Assembly (NCBI GenBank): GCA_040902005.1
Contig: JBBDYA010000046.1
Coordinates: 1 to 35,865, forward strand
Source: Gemmatimonadaceae bacterium
GTDB taxonomy: Bacteria; Gemmatimonadota; Gemmatimonadetes; Gemmatimonadales; Gemmatimonadaceae
Length of the DNA: 35,865 bases
Direction of reading: 5' to 3'
Part shown: positions 1 through 10,092 of the stretch, piece after piece
Position numbering within the stretch: position 1 is the first letter of the stretch
Layout: each line of letters opens with the position of its first letter
The notes under the pieces: model-generated
The model's database searches: none
Told to the model about the DNA's origin: nothing
What the model saw: the letters and a program-made list of their open reading frames with translations, nothing else
Program-made: the position numbers and the translations under genes

Positions 1-2042
1 ATGCGGTCCTGCCGAAGCTCGAACAGGTCGGCCAGGTCTTCCGGCTCCTGCTGGCCCCCCCCCCCACCGCCACCGTCACCCCCGCCCCCCATCGACACGC
101 TCACGTTGCGGAATTCCGCTTCCGCGCGCTGGAGCTGCTGGAGCGCGCGCTGTTCGGGTCCGAGCGCGTCGCGCAGCTTGCCCTCACCCAGAATGCGCTC
201 GGCGGTGTCCATCGCAGCCGCGGCCAGGGGGAGGATGTCCGCGATGCGCTTGAGGCTCGAGTCCATGGTCACCACGCCGCGCTCCACGAGCTGGCGCGCG
301 AGCTGTTCCACGTCGTCCTTGAGCCGCTGCTGCGCGAGACGCAGCGTGGCGATGTCTTCCTCCAGCACCCTGGGATCGGCCGCGTCGCGCAGGCGGTTGA
401 AGGTGCCCGCGATGATTTCGCGCTGACGCTGTGAGAGCTGGCCGGGCTCCTGTTGTCCCCCACCGCCACCCCCGCCGCCACCGCCGCCCTGCTGTGACTG
501 GCGATACTCGAGCGCGTACGCCCGTACCTGGAGGAAGTAGATGTCCGACGTGACTGACTTCGCCCCGCCCACGGCGTCGTTGTCCGTGGCGCGCGCGTAA
601 TACGACACGACGTCGCCGGGCTGAAGCTCGTAGTCCTCGAGCATGAACGTGTGGCCGGCGGCGATCTCCCGGATCACACGCGCGCCGGAGCGGTGCAGCG
701 CGACGGTCTTCTCCTCCGCGCCGTTCACGGAGTACACCAGGTCCAACGTCGCCACGCCGTAGTCGTCTTCCGCCTCCACCTCGGTGAACACCTCGTCCAC
801 CGCCAGCACGCGCTGGTCGCGCCCCGGTTTGGTGAAGCGCACCGAGGGTTCGCGATCCGGCAGCACGTCGATCGCGTAGTTCAGCGACGCGGTGAGCAGG
901 TCCCCGCGTGCACCCTCCAGCTCCACGCGGTAGAACCCGTTGCGGGCGACGCGAATCGTCGCTGACAGCGTGCCGTCCTCGGCGCGGACGAGCGCAAGCG
1001 TGTCGCCATTCTCGATCACGATGCGGCCGCCGTTCGTGGGGACGGTGGGCGTGACCGTCACGCGTACGCGCGTCCCCGCCGGGGCCGCGATGTCGCCGGC
1101 ACTGTCCACGCGCTGATCGGGAAGCGCGGTATACGCGGGGAACCGGTACTCGAGGTCCAGCCGTTTGGTGTAGGGCAGGTCGGCCACGCTGAGCTTGAAG
1201 ATTCGCGAGCGGAGTCCGCTCGTTTCGACGAGGTATTCCGTGGCGGCGCCCACGTCGAACAGTCTGGCCGAAAACGTCGCCGAGCTGTCGGCGCTCATCG
1301 GGATGCGGTTCCACGACGCGGTGTCGCTCGTGCGCGCCCACAGCTCCACGCTGCCGGGCTGGAAACCGACGGGGGTGGCGGTGACCACCACGCTGGCGCC
1401 CCGCGCGATGGTGACGTCCCCGGGCAGCACGTCCAGCCGGAAGGGATTCACTTCCTCGGCACTCGCCCACGGCGAGAGTAGCGCGCCCATGCCATAGCGC
1501 AGCGACGTAGGGCCAAGCGTGAGCACCACGAGGAGCATGGCCGCCGCACCACCGAGCGCGGCAAAGGCGAGCCGCAGCCCGCGCGCGTCCACGCCGCGGC
1601 CGTCGTTCACCGCCCGCGCGCGGGAAACGGCCATGCCACGCACTCGGCTGGCCATTTCGGGAGACAGCTCTCGCGCGCGCGCCGGATCGCCAGCGCGCGA
1701 CATCTCGACCGCGGACACCAGCGCTCCCTCGAACGACGGCTCGTGCTCCTCCACATAGAGCGCGACCTGCTCGTCCCTGGGCCGCGGCAGCAGCGGGCGC
1801 ACCACGAACCAGCCCAGCAGCACCGCGCTCACGAGCGCCAGCGCGGTCCGCGACCCGACCACGGCCGACGGCGCGTACTTCGCCACCTCGAGGATGAGCG
1901 CGCACGCGACCAGGGTGACGAGGATTCCCGCCGCAGCGATCGCGATGCCGCGAAGCACGCGCGCCAGGCGCCACCGGCGGCGCACCCCATGCACCACGCC
2001 AAGGACCTGTCCGATGTTGGCATCCAGCGCGCTGTGTCCCAT
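1..2042 (-). CDS. DUF4175-like membrane protein (N-terminal TM helices, Ig-like region, Gly/Gln-rich coiled-coil C-terminus); 3' end lies beyond the window
   Basis: Absent from the ORF track because no stop falls in the window. ATG at 2042-2040 overlaps the upstream TGA (TGATG). Manual translation is open to the edge: MGHSALDANIGQVLGVVHGVRRRWRLARVLRGIAIAAAGILVTLVACALILE...AEDDYGVATLDL...LQPGDVVSYYARATDND...QSQQGGGGGGGGGGGQQEPG. DDYG and PGDVVSYYARATD are typical of the large proteins in MoxR/DUF58/BatA operons. Confidence 0.8.
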   Translation of the reverse strand, partial: MGHSALDANIGQVLGVVHGVRRRWRLARVLRGIAIAAAGILVTLVACALILEVAKYAPSAVVGSRTALALVSAVLLGWFVVRPLLPRPRDEQVALYVEEHEPSFEGALVSAVEMSRAGDPARARELSPEMASRVRGMAVSRARAVNDGRGVDARGLRLAFAALGGAAAMLLVVLTLGPTSLRYGMGALLSPWASAEEVNPFRLDVLPGDVTIARGASVVVTATPVGFQPGSVELWARTSDTASWNRIPMSADSSATFSARLFDVGAATEYLVETSGLRSRIFKLSVADLPYTKRLDLEYRFPAYTALPDQRVDSAGDIAAPAGTRVRVTVTPTVPTNGGRIVIENGDTLALVRAEDGTLSATIRVARNGFYRVELEGARGDLLTASLNYAIDVLPDREPSVRFTKPGRDQRVLAVDEVFTEVEAEDDYGVATLDLVYSVNGAEEKTVALHRSGARVIREIAAGHTFMLEDYELQPGDVVSYYARATDNDAVGGAKSVTSDIYFLQVRAYALEYRQSQQGGGGGGGGGGGQQEPGQLSQRQREIIAGTFNRLRDAADPRVLEEDIATLRLAQQRLKDDVEQLARQLVERGVVTMDSSLKRIADILPLAAAAMDTAERILGEGKLRDALGPEQRALQQLQRAEAEFRNVSVSMGGGGDGGGGGGGQQEPEDLADLFELRQDR

Positions 2043-4096
2043 CAGGTCACTCCAGTTGCAGGTTGCTCCACCGGACGCCGCGACAACCGGTTGGCGAGCA
2101 ACGTTTCGGCCCCGAGCAGGATCAGGGCCGCCAGCAGTAGATACCACCAGATGGCCTGCCTCCGTTCCAGCTCCTGCGCCGTCCCCGTGAATTCTGCCGG
2201 TTCGGACGCCACCGCGCCACGCTGACCACGCGCGGTGATGGCGGCCACGAGCTCGGCGGGATCGAAATGTGACAGATCGGATTCGGCCAGGTCGACGTTC
2301 ACGGCGACCGGGCGGCCCGCGCCGAGTGCCGTGCCACCCCCGCGAATCTCGTAGAACCCGCGCTCGAGCAGTTCCACCATCGGGCGGGTGGAATCCTGCG
2401 CGACACGCGTGCGAGCGCCACTCGGCGACTCCACCGTCACGGTGCCCTCACGGCTCAGGTCCAGGACGTGCGGCAGCGTGAACCACGAGCGCGCTTCCGA
2501 TCCAGCGATGGAGCGACGCGCCAGCTGGTGCATGAGGGGCACCCAGAGCGGGTGAAAGGGCAGATCGGTCCAGTGCGCGTCCAGCGAGAGCGCGAACACC
2601 ATGATGCGTCCGTCGCCGTACGGTCGGTCGATCAGCAGCGGTGATCCGTCGTCGAGACGGGCGATGATCTGCGCGTTCGCCGTGGCCGGCGTGAGCTGCC
2701 GATACCGCGTTACCGTCACGCTGGAAAAGTCGGCGCGCCCCACGGCAAAGGGCTCGAAAAGCGCGCTGCTGAAGTCCACCGAAGCCCAGCGGCCGCCCTC
2801 GGCACGGTCGGTCATCGCGCCGACGCGCGCTGGGAGCGCGTCGGTCCACGCCGGCGTGAGTCCCACCATGCCGCGCTCACCAGGAACCACCAGCAGAATC
2901 GCGCCCTCCGTGACGCGTGCCCGGATCGCTTCACCGGCGGCGCCTCCCGGCAGGTCGGCCTCGTTGAGCACGATGAGCGAGCGGCCTCGGACACCGGCCG
3001 CGGGGAGGGCGCTGGTCAGGTCCACGCGCACTGGTGGATCGTCCGCCACCGCCAGCGCGCGCGAGAGATACAGACTCTGATTGGCCCGTGGCCGTGGCGG
3101 CTCGACGATGATGGCGGACGCGCCAGATTCCTCGGCGACGGTGAAGAAGAACGCGTCGTTCATCGGCTGGGAATCTGGCGCGAGCCGCACCACGGCGCGG
3201 GTGGGCGCGGCAGCCACCGGCATGGCAGTGAACACCACCTGCGCCGTGGCGCGCGGGAGCACGGTGACGGTCTTCGTTTCCACGGTGCGCCCCGCCAATT
3301 CGAGCGTCGCGTTCACGGTTCGGGCACGCTGGCCGAGATTGGTGGCGCGCGCCGTCACCGCGGCGCGCACCCGGCTGCCGTCCTGGCGTCGCGCGACCGC
3401 CACGCCCGTGATTGCCATGTCCTCCGTTTCCCCCCGTGACACGTCCACGCTCCGCACCGTCGCGCGGGGAGGGAGCGTCACCTCGTCATTCGGGGTCCAG
3501 CCAAATCGGTGAAAATCGGAGATCAGCACGATCTCCTTGCGCGGCAGGTCGGACGCCGAGAGGATCTGCCCCGCCATGCGGAAGCCGGCGGCGAACCGCG
3601 TGGGCTCGCTCGTGGGCTGGAGGGTGGAAAGCACACTCCGGACGCGCTCGGCGCCTCCCGACGGATCGGTGAGCTGCGACGCCGTGGCGCCGAAGGTCAC
3701 GAGCGAAATGCGATCCGTGGCGCGCGCCTCGCTGGCGATGGCGCGCGCGGTGGCGATGGCGCGATCCCAGCGCGATCCATATCCCATGCTGAACGACCGA
3801 TCGAGCAGCAGCACCACCTCGCGGCCGTCGGGCGCGCCGGCGCTGGGCGCCACCGGCCGGTCGAGGAAGGGGCGTGAGAAGGCGAACACCACGAGCGCGA
3901 TTGCCAGGACGCGGAGTGCGAGCAGCAGGAGGTGGCGCAGCTTCTGTCGCCGCACGGACCGGTACGGCACCTTGCGCAGAAACATCAGCGAGGGGAACGC
4001 GACCGTCTCCTTCCGCTCGCGGTGGATGAGATGGACGAGAATCGGTATCGCGATCGCCGCGAGTCCCGCGAAGAATGCCGGCGCGAGTACGCCCAC
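2042..4096 (-). CDS. BatA N-terminal domain + VWA domain membrane protein (684 aa)
   Basis: N-terminal BatA-type double-TM motif (AIPILVHLIHR...FPSLMFL...LLLLALRVLAIALVVFAFSRP); MIDAS DRSFS and ISDF; C-terminal TM (IWWYLLLAALILLGAETLL); GTG start overlaps the upstream TAG. Confidence 0.88.
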   Translation of the reverse strand: MGVLAPAFFAGLAAIAIPILVHLIHRERKETVAFPSLMFLRKVPYRSVRRQKLRHLLLLALRVLAIALVVFAFSRPFLDRPVAPSAGAPDGREVVLLLDRSFSMGYGSRWDRAIATARAIASEARATDRISLVTFGATASQLTDPSGGAERVRSVLSTLQPTSEPTRFAAGFRMAGQILSASDLPRKEIVLISDFHRFGWTPNDEVTLPPRATVRSVDVSRGETEDMAITGVAVARRQDGSRVRAAVTARATNLGQRARTVNATLELAGRTVETKTVTVLPRATAQVVFTAMPVAAAPTRAVVRLAPDSQPMNDAFFFTVAEESGASAIIVEPPRPRANQSLYLSRALAVADDPPVRVDLTSALPAAGVRGRSLIVLNEADLPGGAAGEAIRARVTEGAILLVVPGERGMVGLTPAWTDALPARVGAMTDRAEGGRWASVDFSSALFEPFAVGRADFSSVTVTRYRQLTPATANAQIIARLDDGSPLLIDRPYGDGRIMVFALSLDAHWTDLPFHPLWVPLMHQLARRSIAGSEARSWFTLPHVLDLSREGTVTVESPSGARTRVAQDSTRPMVELLERGFYEIRGGGTALGAGRPVAVNVDLAESDLSHFDPAELVAAITARGQRGAVASEPAEFTGTAQELERRQAIWWYLLLAALILLGAETLLANRLSRRPVEQPATGVT

Positions 4097-5022
4097 TACC
4101 CCGCCTTCCGGGCGCGATCGAACTTGCGCCGCGCGCCAAGGTATCGGAACAGCGCCTTGTCCATCGGCTGGCTGGTGTCGAAGAGCGCATAGTCCACGCC
4201 CTGCCCCGTGAGCCGGCGCGTGAGGGCGGTCACGTGCTGGGACACGAGCGCCCGGTAGTCATCCCGCAGGTAGTCGGGGATCACCGGCATCGTCTCGCCG
4301 GATTCCAAATCCACGAAGTTGGTGCTCTCGATGAACGGAAAGTCGCGTTCGCCGGGATCGAGCACGTGCAGCACCATGAGATCATTGCCACGTCCGCGGA
4401 GCGTGTTCACGGCAGACACGATGTCGTCCGGTTCCTCGTACAGATCGGAGATGACCGCGACCATGCTGCGGCGACGAACGGCGTCCGCCAGCCGCTGGAA
4501 CACCTGCCGGTACCGCGTGGCAATCGGCTCCGGCTTCGCAGGCACGCCGCGCTCCGCGTGGTCGAGACTGTGCAGCACGAGCTGGAGGTGCTTGGCGGAC
4601 GGCGGCACATAGTCCACGACGCCATTCGCGAACGTGGCGAGTCCCACGCGGTCGCGCTGGAGGCTGGAGAAATACGCGAGACAGGCGGCCAGCGTGCAGG
4701 CGTACGGAAGCTTGCGACCGTAGGACATCGAGCGGCTCACGTCCAGCAGGATCATGAGGTTCGTATTCGTGTCCGCCTCGAACTCCTTCACGTAGTAGCG
4801 ATCGGTGCGGGCATACACCCGCCAGTCCACGCGGCGCACGTCGTCGCCGGGCATGTATGGGCGGTGCTCCGCAAAGTCGGTGGACGCGCCGAGGTGGGGC
4901 GCGCGGTGCAGCCCCTGAATGAACCCCTCGACCACGAGCTTCGCGCGCATCTCGAGGTTGCCGATCCGGGCAAGGACGGTGGGATCGAGGAGGTTGGCGC
5001 CCGTGGCGCGGGGGGTAGTCAT
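4096..5022 (-). CDS. DUF58 family VWA-like protein (MoxR partner)
   Basis: GLHRAPHLGASTDFAEHRPYMPGDDVRRVDWRVYARTDRYYVKEFE signature; DVSRSM MIDAS; ISDL. ATG at 5022 preferred over TTG at 5028. Confidence 0.92.
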   Translation of the reverse strand: MTTPRATGANLLDPTVLARIGNLEMRAKLVVEGFIQGLHRAPHLGASTDFAEHRPYMPGDDVRRVDWRVYARTDRYYVKEFEADTNTNLMILLDVSRSMSYGRKLPYACTLAACLAYFSSLQRDRVGLATFANGVVDYVPPSAKHLQLVLHSLDHAERGVPAKPEPIATRYRQVFQRLADAVRRRSMVAVISDLYEEPDDIVSAVNTLRGRGNDLMVLHVLDPGERDFPFIESTNFVDLESGETMPVIPDYLRDDYRALVSQHVTALTRRLTGQGVDYALFDTSQPMDKALFRYLGARRKFDRARKAG

Positions 5023-5029
5023 GGACAAA

Positions 5030-5083
5030 CGCGGATTACGCGGATGGCGCGGATGACGCGGATGGCGCGGATGACGCGGATGG
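5030..5083. repeat. Six tandem 9-bp units CGCGGAT(T/G)(A/G)
   Basis: cgcggatta-cgcggatgg-cgcggatga-cgcggatgg-cgcggatga-cgcggatgg, filling most of the 75-bp moxR-DUF58 spacer. Confidence 0.95.
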
Positions 5084-5097
5084 ACATTGGCGCCAAG

Positions 5098-6129
<1,032 letters not shown>

Positions 6130-6146
6130 GGTCGGCTCGTCGGGTT

Positions 6147-6950
6147 TCAGTGGGTCAGCGCGTAGATGAGGTAGTTGACGCCCAGCTTGTATGCTTCGTT
6201 CGAGACCGGAATCGGTGCGAATCCACGGTTGGAGTACTCCCAGTACTCGCCGACGTCGTTCTCGAAATTGATGATCGCGATCAACCGCTTCTTCGGGTCG
6301 TTCTCCTGATAGATGCCGTAGTACACCGGGCGGCTGTTGTACTGCGTATGCAGCAGGCTCAGGTCCACCTTGAAGAACGCATCGAAGATCTGATGCGACT
6401 GGTCCAGCGGAACGACCCGCGCCCCCGGCAGCACGCGCTGCATCTGAAACGTAAAGTTCATCCAGTGCTGCGGGCCCTGGAAGTCGTCGAAGATCACGAA
6501 TCCGCCCTTCGTCAGATAGTTCCGGAATCCGAGCACTTCCTGCTCGGTAGGCTGCCAGTAGCCGGGCTCGGAGAAGTAGGCGATCGGAAACTTCATGAGT
6601 TCGGGGTCGTCGAGCGCCAGCACGTTGCCCCCAGCGGCCAACGGAGATTCGATGAACGGGCGCAGCGACGTGATTTCCTGCATGATCCGCATCAGGTTCG
6701 TTTCCGCCCGCGGGTAGTCGTGCGACCAGCCGGGCCCCTGGTTCGTGAAGCCGCCGAACCCGCGGTACTTGATCCGCACGAAGGTGAACCGGCCGTCGTA
6801 TGGCACATTGCCGCGAAATTCCGGATGCTCGTAATATTCGTTGGGATCGCCGAGCATACGGCGCATGCGGCCGAACTCGCCGCGCTGCGCCTCCGCGACC
6901 GTGAGGGGCAGCCCAGTGCACAGGGCGACGATCAGGAGCAGCCGCGGCAT
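6147..6950 (-). CDS. DUF4159-like secreted protein, copy 2 (267 aa)
   Basis: Signal peptide; FTFVRIKY, WSHDYPRAETNL, YLTKGGFVIFDDF, HQIFDAFF, AYKLGVNYLIYALTH. Confidence 0.85.
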   Translation of the reverse strand: MPRLLLIVALCTGLPLTVAEAQRGEFGRMRRMLGDPNEYYEHPEFRGNVPYDGRFTFVRIKYRGFGGFTNQGPGWSHDYPRAETNLMRIMQEITSLRPFIESPLAAGGNVLALDDPELMKFPIAYFSEPGYWQPTEQEVLGFRNYLTKGGFVIFDDFQGPQHWMNFTFQMQRVLPGARVVPLDQSHQIFDAFFKVDLSLLHTQYNSRPVYYGIYQENDPKKRLIAIINFENDVGEYWEYSNRGFAPIPVSNEAYKLGVNYLIYALTH

Positions 6951-7765
6951 CAGTGCGTCAACGCGTAGATGAGGTAATTCACGCCCAGCTTGTACGCCTC
7001 ATTGGACACCGCGATCGGGGCGAAGCCGCGGCTGGACCACTGCCACCACTCGCCGATGTCGTTGTTGTAGTTGATGATCGCCATGATGCGCCTGGTGGGA
7101 TCGTTATCCGGAAAGATCGCGTAATAGACCGGTTCCTGCCGGCGGCGGACCATCGTCAGGTCCACCTTGAAGAACGAGTCGAAGATGGGATGTGACCCGT
7201 CGAGCGGCACCAGGCGGTGGCCGGGAAGCGCGCGGTTCATGTGGAACCGGAACGCCTCGAGGTCCCGATCCGAGCTCCACCCATCGAAGTCATCCACGAT
7301 CAGGAACCCGCCCTTCTGCAGGTACTGTCCCAGTCCGGCCACTTCGCTGTCCGTTGGCTGCCACCCGCCCGGCTCGGACAGGTAGGCCACGGGATACCTG
7401 AACAATTCCGGGTCGTCGAGCGCGAGGATCACGCCGCCCACGCGCTCGCCGGACTCGATGAACGGCCGCATCGTGGTCACCTCGGCCATGATCCGCATGA
7501 GGTTCGTTTCCGCGCGCGGATAATCGTGCGACCAGCCGGGCCCCTCGCGTCCGGAGAAATGGCCGTAGCCGCGATACTTGATCCGCGCGAACGTGAACCG
7601 GCCGCTGTACGACACGTTGCCCCGGTAGTCCGGCGGCGACCAGAACTCGTTCGGATCGCCGAGCATGCGGCGGGCACCATCGAACTCTCCCCGCTGTGCC
7701 ACGAGCAATTCCGGCACGAGCGGCAGGAGCAGCAGCGACGTGACTGCCAATGCGCGCGCGCTCAT
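6950..7765 (-). CDS. DUF4159-like secreted protein, copy 1 (271 aa)
   Basis: Signal peptide; FTFARIKY, WSHDYPRAETNL, YLQKGGFLIVDDF, HPIFDSFF; same C-terminus as its neighbour; ATGA and TGATG coupling. Confidence 0.85.
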   Translation of the reverse strand: MSARALAVTSLLLLPLVPELLVAQRGEFDGARRMLGDPNEFWSPPDYRGNVSYSGRFTFARIKYRGYGHFSGREGPGWSHDYPRAETNLMRIMAEVTTMRPFIESGERVGGVILALDDPELFRYPVAYLSEPGGWQPTDSEVAGLGQYLQKGGFLIVDDFDGWSSDRDLEAFRFHMNRALPGHRLVPLDGSHPIFDSFFKVDLTMVRRRQEPVYYAIFPDNDPTRRIMAIINYNNDIGEWWQWSSRGFAPIAVSNEAYKLGVNYLIYALTH

Positions 7766-10092
7766 GGCCCCCCCCCTCTCGCTCGCAGCGCGAGCAGCAG
7801 TTCCTGCGCGCGCTCGAAGTGCGGCGCCTCTTCCAGCGCCCGCAACACCGACCGGCGGGCGCTGGCGACATCGCCCGCATCGCGCTGGGCAACCGCCAGG
7901 AGGTAGAATGCCTGCGCGCGATCCACCGGATTCAGCGCCAGCACGGCGAGTCGCTCGCGCACGGCCTTCGCGTGATTCCCGAGCCGCGCATACAGCGCCG
8001 CGAGCGTCTCGTGGCGGCCGATGTCGTAGGGGTTCACGAACATCGCGTCCTCGAAGGCCTCCGCCGCGCGCGCGGTGTCGCCTGTCTGGAGCAGCAGGTC
8101 CCCGAGCAGCTCGTGCGCGTCGTGCGGAAATTCGCCGAGATCGCGCATCGCGAGCAGCAGCTGGCTGGCGCCCAGCTTGTCGCCGCGCGCGAGCAGCGCC
8201 CGCGCGAGCAGGGGATACGGTCCGTCTCCCCCGGCGTACTCGGGAAAGAGCGCGCGCGCCCGTTCGAGCGCCGCCACGGAGACCGCGGTGTCGCCGCGCT
8301 GCATCAGCGCGCGCCCCACGGCGAGCTGCACGCCATAGTTGCGCGGCTGCACGGCGGCGCGGGCGACGAGCGCCTGGCTCGGCATCCGCTGGCTCACGTT
8401 CGGAGATTCGTCGCCCAGCACCGCGAGGGTGCGCCCGAAGCGCTCCTGCATGTACGCGTCGAACCGCCGGTCGAGGGCCGGCAGGTCCATCCGCAGCACG
8501 TTCCGGATCACCTGCTCCGTGGTCTGCCCGGCGCGGTAGCCCTGAAGCATGTCCAGGAGGGCCTTCTCACCGAACTCCTGCGCGATCAGCTCACAGACGA
8601 GTGACGCCTGGTAGTAGGAGAACAGCACCTGCTGCGGATACTCGGGTCGCACGAAGCCGTCGTTCAGCCGGCTGGCGGGCACCAGCCGTCCGGACGCGTA
8701 TGCCTGGAGGAAGGCCGGCGTCACGCCCTGCCCCCACCCCTTTCGCGCCCGCCGCTCCTCGTACACCGACAGTCCTTCCGATAGCCATCGCGGGACGCGC
8801 ATGTCGGTGGCGCCGAGCGTGAACGTGTGCGCCAGCTCGTGCCACGCGGTGGAGCCCCAGTTGAAGGCGCCCGCGTCCCGCGCCGCGGGCGAGTCGAACG
8901 CGATCGTATTGCCGAAGCTCACTCCGAGCGCGCCGAGGCCGGCGAGTCCCACGGTGCGCACGGAGAAGTCGGCGTGGCTACGATAGACCTCCACGCGAAC
9001 GGGCCCGTCTGGCGTGAAGCCGTAGCGCCGCACGAACGTGTCGAACGCGCGGTCCATCAGGGGCCCGAGATACAGCGACAGGAGGCGGGACTCCGGCTTC
9101 TCGATCACGAACCGGAAGCGTCCATGAGTGATTTCGTCGTACTCGCCGTACGTGTCCAGCAGGTCCAGGGTATTCTTGACCCAGACGTTGTACGGATCCC
9201 CGGCAAACGCGGTCTCGAGACTGCGCCGCGCGTCGGCGACCTCCCCGAGGCGCAACAGATTGAGTCCGAGCGTGCTGTGCGCCGCCCAGCTGGACGGGTC
9301 GGCGGTCGTGCCCTGACGCGCGACGCTCGCGGCCTGCGCGTACTGTCGCACACGCGCGAGCAGCTCGGCGGTGGCGACGTGCGCGCGCGCGTCACGCGGA
9401 TAGCGCGAAGTGAATCGGGCCCGCAGCGTTTGCGCGGTGGAAGAGTCTCCGGTCACCACGGCGAGGGCGACGCCGAACGCCAGCGCCTCCGCCGCCTGGG
9501 GATCGGCACGCAGCGCGCGCTGGATCTCCCGGTTCGCCCCCGCGAAATCCTCGACGTCTGCCCGGAGCCGTGCGCCCAGCGTTCGCGCGGCGACATGCTC
9601 GGCGTCGGCGCGCAACGCGCGCGCCAGCAGGGAATCGGCGCCCGGTTCTTGGTCGAAGTCGCGCCGTCGCGCTTCGGCGACCAGCGCGGGCACGTACGAC
9701 GCGTCCTGGGCCAGCGCGTCGCGCAGCGTGGCCTTCGCGTCGCCGCTGTTGTACTTCCCCAGAAACAGCTCGGCGAGCCGGACCCTGGCGTCGATGTTGC
9801 GCGGGTCCACGGCGATCGCCCGGTCGAACGCCGTGAGCGCATCCTTGAACAGCTGCGGATCGTCGATGCCCAGATAGGTGCAGGCGATAGCGACCGCGAC
9901 CAGCTCGCGACTGGTGAGCCGCGCGGCGCTGGCATTGTAGATGTCGATGAACTGTGAGAAAGCCCGGGTCGCACGGGCGCGCTCGCCACGCTCGTGCAGC
10001 GCGATCGCGGCAGTCAGGCGCGTGGTGAGACTATCCGCCTGCGCCAGTGCAAGCGACGGCACCACGAGCAGTGTCAGCGCCCACCGCCTCAT
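7762..10092 (-). CDS. Secreted TPR protein with central peptidase MA-like (gluzincin) domain (776 aa)
   Basis: Signal peptide (SLALA-Q); Ala/Leu-rich TPR-like helices at both ends; HELAH followed by VPRWLSEGLSVYEE (HExxH plus downstream E). Confidence 0.85.
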   Translation of the reverse strand: MRRWALTLLVVPSLALAQADSLTTRLTAAIALHERGERARATRAFSQFIDIYNASAARLTSRELVAVAIACTYLGIDDPQLFKDALTAFDRAIAVDPRNIDARVRLAELFLGKYNSGDAKATLRDALAQDASYVPALVAEARRRDFDQEPGADSLLARALRADAEHVAARTLGARLRADVEDFAGANREIQRALRADPQAAEALAFGVALAVVTGDSSTAQTLRARFTSRYPRDARAHVATAELLARVRQYAQAASVARQGTTADPSSWAAHSTLGLNLLRLGEVADARRSLETAFAGDPYNVWVKNTLDLLDTYGEYDEITHGRFRFVIEKPESRLLSLYLGPLMDRAFDTFVRRYGFTPDGPVRVEVYRSHADFSVRTVGLAGLGALGVSFGNTIAFDSPAARDAGAFNWGSTAWHELAHTFTLGATDMRVPRWLSEGLSVYEERRARKGWGQGVTPAFLQAYASGRLVPASRLNDGFVRPEYPQQVLFSYYQASLVCELIAQEFGEKALLDMLQGYRAGQTTEQVIRNVLRMDLPALDRRFDAYMQERFGRTLAVLGDESPNVSQRMPSQALVARAAVQPRNYGVQLAVGRALMQRGDTAVSVAALERARALFPEYAGGDGPYPLLARALLARGDKLGASQLLLAMRDLGEFPHDAHELLGDLLLQTGDTARAAEAFEDAMFVNPYDIGRHETLAALYARLGNHAKAVRERLAVLALNPVDRAQAFYLLAVAQRDAGDVASARRSVLRALEEAPHFERAQELLLALRARGGGP

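Noticed and set aside
184..1974. 596-aa minus-strand ORF in the track
   Set aside because: Arg/Gly/Ala-rich shadow frame; the real gene is in another minus frame starting at 2042 and running off the window.
5030..5083. CRISPR array
   Set aside because: 9-bp units without spacers and no cas genes.
6130..6921. Apparent 264-aa N-terminal extension of MoxR
   Set aside because: Overlaps the DUF4159-like gene out of frame and has no protein-like features; an artefact of high GC.
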